DNA from: Octopus bimaculoides
Lineage: Eukaryota
DNA length: 64,000 bases
Direction: 5' to 3'
Assembly (NCBI RefSeq): GCF_001194135.2
Contig: NC_068999.1
Location: 48,349,562 to 48,413,561, forward strand
Shown: piece by piece, positions 1 through 10,903 of the stretch
Numbering within the stretch: position 1 is the first letter of the stretch
Layout: each line of letters opens with the position of its first letter
The notes under the pieces: generated by a model
Seen by the model: only the letters and a program-made list of their open reading frames with translations
Databases searched by the model: none
Told to the model about the DNA's origin: nothing
Made by a program: the position numbers and the translations under genes

Positions 1-262
1 ATTGGTCTTTTTTTGCCAAACTGCTAAGTTACAGGAACATAAACAAACTAACACTGATTGTCAAGTAGTGGTGGAAGAAACACAAAGACACACACACATA
101 TATATGTGATAGGCTTCTTTCAGTTTCCATCTAATAAATCCACTCATGAAGCTTTGGTCAACCTGGGGTTGTAGTAGAAGACACTTGCCCAGGGTGCCAT
201 GTAGTGGGACTGAACCCGGAACCATGTGGTTCATAAGCAAGCTACTTACCACACAGCCACTC
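1..262 (-). mobile_element. tRNA-derived CORE-type SINE (family A, OR2-like), truncated by window edge
   Basis: Reverse complement of the head gagtggctgtgtggtaagtagcttgc...ccctgggcaagtgtcttctac shared with many copies here. Confidence 0.85.
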
Positions 263-1781
263 TGATTAAAAAATTATAAAATAAGTGCAAAAGAGTTAGA
301 AAAATCACATTTTATTTTTTTTATATACAAGAAAAGTATTTTTCTGCAAGAAGAAAGGCACAACTGATTGAACCAACCTCAATCCATTAACTGTAATTTA
401 TTTATCAATCAAGAATGGGAAAAGAATAAAGTCAGTCCCAGCAAGATTTGAACTCAAAACTATGGGGTACAAAAGCAGGTGTATGAAAGCAGCTGGTAAT
501 CTTGCACATTCTTATTGAGAACAAATTCTTACTAGGTACATGGTAAATGTGTAGGGCAGGGGAAGGAAGACATATAAACACTTGGGTTTGTTAGAAATAT
601 ATTTATCAGTCTTTTTTTAATATTTTTTTTCCAAATATTTATTCTGTGTTGCTGTGGCTTCTATCTCTTCTCTTAAATCCAGAGTATATTACAGGTATTT
701 AAATAGCACTCTTATTGTTTCACTGCGTAAGACTGCGGCCACATCATATCACTGTCTTCACAGCTTTTAGTCAATTATACCAAGCCAAGTACATACTTAA
801 TCTGGCATTTGTATGGTCAGTTATATAAAAAAAAAAAATAGAAAGTGAACAAAACAGTTAAGGGGAGATAGTTATGTCAGACATATTAGATCTTGTCCAC
901 CTGATATAAACACACTAATGCACACATACACACACATGCATGTATATATATATATGAAAGAAAGAAAAGAAATAAAAATACTGCGTGATCAAGGAAGAGG
1001 GAAGAGTGCTCAGTGCATATCGTAGAGTTTTATCTTATTTAAAGCAAACTGGAAATTTCACTAACCTCTATTGCAAGTTTCACATTACTGAGAATCACTA
1101 ACATGAAATTTGAATAACAGCTTCTGAAATTTAATCTTGTAATCTATAACTGTCTGCATACGTGGTGTGTGTATCAACGTTTTGCTTAGGTATACAGGAA
1201 TATTAATGACTCAGAGTTTGAATTCAATATATTTACATTATTTAGAATGAAACATTAGTTGGGTACAAAGCATAATATGAAATTGATAAAAATGACAAAG
1301 TAACAGATCATGTAACATTGGACTTGCTACTTCTTGTTCGTTTATCATTTATTTAAGTGTGTGTGCATGTGTACATGTGAATGTTTTCTTCTATCAAATT
1401 TTAAGTGGCACTATTTAACCAAGACCAAAGTGTTGTACACTGGACAGTGGAAATTGGATCTGGATCCATGCCCATGTCCATCGTCAGATAAAGATACTCC
1501 CTACTAAGAGATAAACAAAAGAACAACTAAATTAAAGCAATTCGAATGCATTGAGAATGTATCTAATGTTATATAGTCAAATGATTTTACAATAAGATCA
1601 AATGTGACTTTATCATATTCAATATGTGATAAAATGACCAGAACCATCATGCTTGTGTTTAAATATCTACAAACTCATTTAATGATCTACATTTTAATTA
1701 TTTAAATGAGGGGAGACAAAAAAGAAAAGAAAGGTGGAATAATACAGGGCAAAATCTTAACAGGGTCGTTCATAATGACGT

Positions 1782-1909
1782 TTACCACCACCACAAAAAT
1801 GGTGACCATAGCATCGACCCAACTAGAGCACCGGTAGCCACGCCCATTGCAACGTCACAGCCAGTATAACGCTGGCGATAAGGTTCTTGTACGTAAATCT
1901 GTCTGGTAC
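1782..1909 (-). CDS. PLEKHB2: PLEKHB-like last coding exon (TRQIYVQEPYRQRYTGCDVAMGVATGALVGSMLWSPFLWWW*)
   Basis: tttttcag|GT ACC...TGG TAA; 128 nt; not in the ORF track. Confidence 0.92.
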
Positions 1910-4900
1910 CTGAAAAACAAAATAAGAAAAAGATAAAAAATATTTCTCATGGATGCAAAGAGAAAATGCATTTGTGAGAAAACTAGCTTTTATCTTTTAC
2001 TTGTTTCAGTCATTTGACAGCAGCCATGCTGGGGCACCGCCTTAAATGGTTTTTAGTTGAAGAAATTGACCCCAAAACTTATTTTTTAAAGCCTGGTACT
2101 TATTCTATCAGTCATTTTTGCTGAACTAAGTTATGGGGACGTAAACACACCAAAACTGGTCGTCAAGTGGTGATGGGGGGGGGGGAGACAAATACAGATA
2201 CAAAGACACACACACATAGATATACATATACATATATGATAGGCTTCCTTCAGTTTCCATCTATCATATCCACTCACAAGGCTTCAGTCGGCCTGAAGCT
2301 ATAGTAGAAGACATTTGCCCAAGGTACCAAACAGTAGGACTGAACCTGGAACCATGTGGTTGAGAAGCAAGCGTCTTACCACACAGCTACTCCTGTGTCT
2401 ATATCAAAATTAATGTTCCAAACACCAGCTTAATAATGACTAAATGTTATTTTGCTATATTCTTCATTATTTTCAAAATTAATTGAATGAAGGGCAGCGT
2501 ATTCCAATAGAAATAGGGTAACAAAAGGGATAAAAGACATTTATGCAGCTTTTATGTATAGTCAGCAAAAGCACATGGCTCAGTGGTTAGAATGTCAGGC
2601 TCACAATCATGACCTGGACTGGACTATGTGTTGTGTTCTTGAGCAAGACACTTCATTTCATGTTGCTCCAGTTCACTCATCTGTAGAAATGAGTAGCAAC
2701 ATCACTGGTGCCAAACTGTATCAGTATTTGCTTTTCCCTTGGATAACATCGGTGGCATGCTGGTCTTCCATAAGCAACTTTGCCTGAACTTGTTCCTCAG
2801 AGGGTAACTTTCTAGGTGCAACCCCATGACCAAAGGGGGTCTTTATCCTTTACCCTTTACATATAGTTAATTATCTATTTCCTAAAAATCATCATTCTGC
2901 CTGTCACTTGAACAGGCATAGGGGATACTGTTATAAGATAGCTAGCAATAGTCAAATGGTCACTATAGTGTTTGAGAAGAGAATTAGAACTGTGTAGCAT
3001 TGCCAGATGTCTTTAGCTAATGATCCCTGCAGGGTAGCTAGATCTTTGCAAGAAAGTCATGCTGTACTAAGATTTAATACAAAGAAGGTGTGATAGCCAG
3101 TAGGGAGTTTGTTCATGGAAGGGACATTGAACAGGACAATTAACTGTAAGTAGAAGCTTCATGAATGTCTTTTTACCCTGTTGAGAATAGATGATAAAGA
3201 TCTTACTGAATGATACTGAGATACCCTCAGCCTTCTTGATGATTTTTGAAATGTGGTTTGTCTGATACTAATCACTATTGACAATAAAGCCCAGGTCACA
3301 TTCACCAGCTGCTTCTATGTAACCCAATTAGCATACTAGGAAAATATATTCAGCTCATATAGCCTTGTTGTTGTTGACTACACTCAGAATATCAAATCAC
3401 TTTTATGCAGGCAGGTTACAATTCCCAAAATACAATGCATGCATTAATTCATTGTTTTTCCTTCACAAAAACAGGAAAAGTTTTATGTCATTGGCTGACA
3501 TATCACTATCAGGTGACTTTCCCTGGCTATTATTCTTACAAGATTTCTGTTTAACCTAACTGCTGCATTTTCTTCTCCAGGCAATTTTATTTGTGCCACT
3601 GGTTGGGGGTCGAGGGCAGCTCATTTTCATGAATACACTCCAGATCATGTATCAGAACTAAAAAGAGTAATGGACCAAGCACTGAACTGTGTTGGACTAG
3701 CGTGATAAAGTGGTACACAGAAAAGTGAGGGAGAGGATGATATTGATGGATTTTTCATTTAGCTATCTTTGAAGTATCCAACAGACTTCCATGTGGTTTC
3801 CATCTACTCAATTCCACTCTCAAAAGTCAAGGCAACATGTGGTTATGAGAAACAACACTCGTAATAAATGTTAACGAGATTGAATCTAAGACCTTGTTAT
3901 TTCAAAGCAATTTTCTTAACCACATAGCCATACCTGCCCCCATCTGAGATAAATATATATATATATGTTGTGTTTGAGAAGACCTATCAAGCCAACTGAG
4001 ATCAAAGTCATGGCTAATGCCAGTATTTCATAGCTGGTACCCATGCTGGTGGCATGTACGAAGCACCCGCTACACTCTTGGAGTGTTTGGCATTAGGAAG
4101 ACCATCCAGCTGTAGAAACTAAGCCAAATCAGATTGGAACCTGGTGCAGCTCCTCTGCTTACCAGTTTTTAGTCAAACTTTCCAACCCATGCCAGCATGG
4201 AAAGTAGATGTCAAGTGATGATGCTGATCTTCTACAGAAAATGAAGGAATTTTCAAATCCAAGGGTGACTGTGAAAACAGCTTAGAAAATTAGGTAAATA
4301 TCCTTTAGAAGATGGAAAACAGTGGCCAGCAAGCCTCTACAGGGATTTGAACCCTGCACCTCGTAAAGTTTAGCTGAGCACTCTACTGACTCACTTGGCA
4401 CTTCTACGTTTGCTTACAATATATATGATACCCACACATACTGCATCCAATGCATACACACTCACACATATGCACATTGCCACACATATCATATATAGAT
4501 CAGTACATATGTTCTTGCACAATACACACACACACACACATATATACACCTTACATCTGTATATCTTTTACATGTGTGTAGATAGGCATATTTGACTAAA
4601 TAAATGCATATCACCATATATCACATATACACAAATACATGAAATATATATACATCATCACCATTATTATCCTTTAACATCCTGAGGGTAGGAATTACCA
4701 GGACCTTCAGGGGCCTAAAAATGGGAGATATTGATGAAGGCCAGTGGCCAGTTCTGAGGCTGCTTGGCGGCTGTCGTCAAAGCCAAAGGTGGGTTCATTG
4801 AGTGAGGTCATCAGAACATGTCATGAAGACAAACTGACCCAAATTGGACAAATATGTCTCAAAAAATAAAATGCTTTATTTTTTTGTGAGACAGTCATCA

Positions 4901-7900
4901 TGCAAACAAATACCACCCCACTCAATCAGTGTAAGCTGTTACCAGTATATTCAACAAGGTGTAAACTTATACCTGTATGTTAAACGAGATGTAAACTTAT
5001 ACCTGTAAATATTCTACTTATGTAGACAGATGTATTTGACTAAATATATGTGTGTCTGTGTACCAAATTTCATAGTGTGTGTGTGTGCACAGTGGAGGCG
5101 CAATGGCCCAGTGGTTAGGATTGCAGCTTCGATTCCCAGACCGGGCGTTGTGAGTGTTTATTGAGTGTTTATTGAGCTCCACGAGGCTCTGGCAGGGGGT
5201 GGTGGCGAACCCTGCTGTACTCTTTCACCACAACTTTCTCTCACTCTCTCTTCCTGTTTCTGTTGTACCTGTATTTCAAAGGTCCAGCCTTGTCACACTC
5301 TGTATCACGCTGAATCTCCCCCGAGAACTACGTTAAGGGTACACGTGTCTGTGGAGTGCTCAGCCACTTGCACATTAATTTCACGAGCAGGCTGCTCCGT
5401 TGATCGGATCAACTGGAACCCTCGAAGTCGTAAGCGACGGAGTGCCAACCACAACCAACCAACCATGCGTGCACATGTGTATTTGTGCACATCTCCCTGT
5501 GTGTTCACATTGACACAACCTGAGCAGCTGAGGCATTTAGTCCCATATAAACAACATATCTCCACAGCCTAGTGGTTGGACATGGCATCTTGGCATAGAA
5601 TAATGCTGCCTCAAGAAATCTCACCCAACTGATGAAAGCCCGGAGAAACTAATGTAATAATAATCCTTTCTACTATAGGCACAAGGCCTGAAATTTGTTG
5701 GTGGGGAAGAAGTCAATTACATTGACCCCAGTGCTCAACTAGTACTTATTTCGTTGACCCCCCCTGAAAGGATGAAAGGCAGGCAAAGTCAACCTCAGCA
5801 GAATTTGAACTCTGAACATGAAGACAAACGAAATACTGCCAAGCATTTCACCCAGCATGCTAATGATTCTGCCAGCTTACCGCCTTATTATTATTAATAA
5901 TAATAATGATAATAATAATGGTGGTATGTGTGTACTTGTCTTTATGGTATACTTACCATAAGGTAAACTATTAACATGATGCACAGAATAGCCTGTTGGA
6001 TACTCATTGGTGGCATATGTTAGAATCTGAGGTTGGTTGTAAAGCTCAGCATAAGAAGGTGGCGGCTCCATGCCTTGGTGATGATCTGGTCGGAATGTGT
6101 CTGAAAATCGTCGAGTTGGGCGAACTGCTCTGGCTTCTTCAATTGCCATTTTCCAAGCACTTTGGTGAAATACAAAAATTATGCAGTTTAATGAATATCA
6201 TTCATCTCATTCAACAAAGCACAAGGTTAACTTTTCTTAATAAGGTGGTGGTGCAGGAGGAATTTAAAAAGCTGATAGAATTTAGAGCAGTGATTCTCAA
6301 TGTGGGGTAAATGCCTCACTTGTTGGGCCTGTGAAAATGGTGATAGGGCATGGTCCCGTAGCTGCCAGGCACGAGGTTCTCAATACAGTGATTCATTTGT
6401 TTTTTTCTTAGTCAATAATGTACTGATTTTTGTACTCAGTACTTAATAAGAGTTACCGGTAGATTCTTTTGTATTAAATCAATGGTTCTCAGCAAGGGTT
6501 CATATGGCCCCTGATAGTCCATATAATATTTTTGGGGTCCACACAATAGTATATTAAGGGTCCATTAAAAAATTTTTGATTCTGATGTATTTACTGGAAG
6601 AAAAAGATAGGGTTCTTTCTCTAACATGTTAAATAGTTAAGCCTACATAAGTTAATTTGTGAAAAACAAAACAGGAGTTTTGAAAGAAGTTTCTATAAAA
6701 CTAGTCTTTAAACATCCAAGAAGCTAAAAGGGGGGGGGGGTCCACCAGAGTAAAACAGTAATCAAGGGTGTCTATAGATTAAAAAATGGTTGAGAACCAC
6801 TGGAATATAATAACTGTGACAAAATATTAAAAATAAAGTTGTTTTTCAATCACTGGTGGGGCATACATATTTATGGAACGTTATAGTGGGGCCTGGGGGA
6901 AAATAGGTTGGGAAACACTGTTTTAGGAGCATTCATTTTAAAGACAACTGAATTCAGAGTATTCTTTAACTGGTTTCACTTAATGTACTTCAGCTATGTC
7001 TAGATTCTGTCTTCTAGTGCCTAAGTCAATTACATCCCAGTCACCCTGGACTCAATTCATTAGTTCAAGGTAGTTGAAATACAATTGGGATGTAATCCCG
7101 GGTGGCTGGTAGTAGCTGTGACTGAGGAGGTACAACAATTTCAAAACACTAGGTGTCTTAAAGTCTCCTTATACTAATAAATTGAATGTGTTATGAACGC
7201 ACATTCACTTCAAAGAAGTTGTTCCCCAATGAGGAAATAGAACAGTAATGATTTATTATCTGTTAGCAGATATCAGTATGCATCAGTAACTAATTTGTTT
7301 GCTGATATATATTTTTTATGATACCCACAAATACTGTATACACATATACACACTCTTTTATTTACGCACATCACTGTATATCATTTATACACATATACAT
7401 ATCTATCTACACAATACACATACATACAGCTTATGCCTGTATATATTTTACTTGTAAGTAGGGGTATTTGACTAAATGTATGCACATCTCCATATATCAC
7501 AAATACACAAATACATAAATATATGTCGTCATCATTGTTTAATGTCCATTTTCCATGTATGCAAGGGTAGGATGGTTCTCAGGAGCTGGCCAGGTAGAAA
7601 AACTACCTATGGCTGCTCTGTGTGTTTTGGAAGGGTTTTTATGGCTGGATGCCCTTCCTAACACCAACCACTCTGCAGAATAGACTTAGGTAAACAAATT
7701 AACTTTAACAGAATGAAATCATTCTATTCGGCTGTTAATAAACATTTTCCTAAATGTAGCAAGTATTATCGAATTTTCACCTTGCATAGAATAAGAACTT
7801 TTCAAATTCGAAAAACATAGCACAAATAATAGCAGCACAAAACTTGAAAAAATTAAATTATTTCTACAAGAAGGAGATTAACTATAACGTAAATATATTA

Positions 7901-9671
7901 TCTAATAGTAACAAAATAAGTCATTAATGTAAATAAAGTCAATAAGGAAAATGATGCAAGGGAAATAACTGGTGAAAATTCTATGCAAGGATCTGAACAG
8001 GTAAACACGTGCTAAAAAGCATAGCAATCTGAAAGGAAGTATTCATACCAAAGATAGTAACCTAAAGCATATCATCATCATCATCATCATCCAGTGTTTT
8101 AAATCCGGGTTTTTTTCCCCCGTTAACAGGGGTGGCCAGAGCTACCTCAATGCCATAAGCAGCCAAGGTAGCCAGATCTACCTTAATGCCATAAGCAGCC
8201 AACTTTTGGGCTGGCTGGCTGGTAACCATTCTCCTTTGCTATCATGAGGCTTTTCTGGAGTTGTATTTTCTACGGGAAGCCTCTGCCCTTGCTTACCCCC
8301 AACCTCAGTTTCTAGACATGTGTGGTCCCAAGACCAAAGCCTCTACCACAATTTTTAAGAAATGCGGTGGAAAACCACTTAGTAACAGCAAAATTAATAG
8401 AGATGTAGTGAACGGTAACAAGAACAAGAGGGAAAATGTTGTTGTCTTTTCCTTCAATAATGGTTGCAGGCGAGATCTCATTATTGTCTCACGTATAGCA
8501 ATGGTTGCAGGTAAGATCTCGCTGTTTTAAAATGGCGCTGGCTTCTTTGTGTTTCGCTACAAACTGATAGTTTATTTATCAATATCAGTTTCCGATAAGG
8601 TGGCGAGCTGGGAGAAACATTAACACGCCAGACGAAATGCTTAGCGGTATTTCATTTGTCTTTACGTTCTGAGCTAAAATGCCATCGAGGTCGACGTTGC
8701 CTTTCATCCTTTCGGGATCGATAAGTACCAGGTGCGTACTGAGGTCGAAGTAATCGACTGACCCCCTCCCCCAAAATTTCAGGGCTTGTGCCTAGAGAAG
8801 AAAAGAATATTAATTTCCGATAACTGTAGATACTACAAGGTATTCATTTATTACCAAGAGTTACTTCCCCTTAACTATTTTACCTTATATTTATTAACAC
8901 CCATCCCCATCCGAGGTATTCTGGAAGTTGATGATAATTAAAAATAGCTGCTGTTGTTGTTTAGCCCCAAGATCAACTCTGACTGAGCAGACCTATTGGT
9001 CAAAGACGTTCTAGTCGGGCCCATCCAGTCTTTTTTCCAGCAAGTGCAATCAAGACTACATAATCCTATCACATCATACAATCTTTTCTATGAAAGAAGG
9101 GTATGGTGTGTTTGAGTGAATTTGAAGGAAAATTTGGCTGCTATTTCTGAGTGTCCACATATAGGGACGTCACTGACTTGCTCTAAAAATAATTTGTTAA
9201 TTATGTACAATGCTTTCTCTCTTTCTCTGAATAACAAAGACATTTGGCTTTGGACAATTGAGACAAATGAATACGAAAAATGTAAAAATATACAGAAGGT
9301 AATAGCTGAGGTTTTTGCTAGGGATTTTAATGTTTAAAATGGATATTTTACCTTGTGTCATCAGAACTTTCTGCACACAACAACAACTTTCTTTCCCGTG
9401 CAACCAATTCTATCAGACAATTGCGGTTCAGGTGTGAAGGAAGTGGGTTGGAAATAGCCACCTAAAAATAGTTGAAGAATAAAGATGAAAGGCAAAGTCA
9501 ACCATGGTGGAATTTGAACTCAGAACATAAAGATATACCTATTATTAGTACTGAAAGAAAGAAAATGGAGAAAGATGGATGTATGAATAATTTATTTGTA
9601 TGATATAAAGATGTTGAAATTAAAAAAAAAAAATAACAATATAAGTAAATTATAAGTTGTAAAGCTCAAAA

Positions 9672-9745
<74 letters not shown>

Positions 9746-10507
9746 AAAAGATATTTTTCATACCTATGAGAGTAACTTCCCTTTTATTCAACGGGGAGGG
9801 GGTTCTTTTTCATAATGTCTATCGTCAAAATAGCTGATGAAAATGCCTCGAAGTTCTTAGCTCCAGCATTTGAACCTCTGAGTTCTATTATGACAACTTA
9901 CTGATTGTCCTATACTATATATATATATATATATATATTAATTCTCTAAATGAAGTATTAACAGTAACTGCACGATAAAGTGAAGTATATTGCCACTTAA
10001 GTGTGGCTGACCCCTAGGGGTGGATGTTACTGTTGCTTTTAGCCCCAGGAGGACATCTCCTCCAGTTGGCTTATCGACACACTACTGTGTCCTGTTTGTT
10101 TTGCCAAGGGAAGTTATCCCTCTCATCTTGATCTGTAGCACGAACGGACCCGGGTTTCAGGGTTATTTCCCTTCGTCAGCGTCCGATAGCCACCGATCTT
10201 CGATGAGAGATACAAATTCTTGGCAACCTTATGTATACTTTTCCAGTGAAATTCTTCACTGATATCGAAGAATTTGTATCTCTCATCGAAGATCGGTGGC
10301 TATCGGACGCTGACAAAGGGAAATAGCCCTGAAACCCGGGTCCGTTCGTGCTACAGATCGAGATGAAAGGGATAACTTCCCTTGGCAAAACAAACAGGAC
10401 ACAGTAGTGTGTCGATAAGCCAGCTGGAGGAGATGTCCTCCTGGGGCTAAAAGCAACAGTAACATCCACCCCTAAGGGTCAGCCACACTTAAGTGGCAAT
10501 ATACTTC

Positions 10508-10538
<31 letters not shown>

Positions 10539-10870
10539 TCCTCTACTTACATAATATCGAGGTCTCATTCTTTTGTTGTCATTTTATTATTATTAATGCC
10601 AACCACTTGACAGGGTGCACTGGATGCTCCTTTTCAAAGCAGTGGCACTAATGAAGTAACTAAGTACTTGCAAGAGACAGGACCTCTCAAACTGAGTGGA
10701 ATGTAGTATTGAATGGGGTGAGCACAAATGACAGGAAAATTGGATGCAAGAGGAATTGGCTGTAGCATGCAAGAGAAGAGATTGTACCAATATGGACATG
10801 TTAGAAGGATAACAGATAGGAAATGATATACCAAGATATCTACGTAAAAGAAAGTTGTGCAAGAGGAAGA

Positions 10871-10903
<33 letters not shown>

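Larger units (their letters stand above)
9975..10514. mobile_element. 540-bp foldback element: 247-bp inverted arms (9975-10221 / 10268-10514), 46-nt spacer, hammerhead motif in each arm; probable non-autonomous Penelope-like or retrozyme derivative
   Basis: Arms aligned by hand: 6 substitutions (all transitions), no indels. Outer ends read TA|AAGTGAAG...CTTCACTT|TA, and the right end abuts (TA)n. Confidence 0.9.

Noticed and set aside
5629-5660. CTGATGA...GAAAC-TAAT-GTA hammerhead-like string
   Set aside because: Stem I and stem II do not pair.
8131-8202. Two tandem 36-bp repeats (CRISPR-like length); also a 21-bp repeat pair at 8459-8479 / 8500-8520
   Set aside because: Only two units, no spacer in the first pair, no cas genes, eukaryotic intron; ordinary local duplications.
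9666-9754. TCAAAAAGATAT repeated on both sides of (TA)n, resembling a TSD
   Set aside because: Could be slippage or an assembly overlap at a long TA run; not resolvable without reads.
10020-10469. Paired ORFs MDVTVAFSPRRTSPP on opposite strands
   Set aside because: Mirror consequence of the inverted repeat; no recognisable protein.
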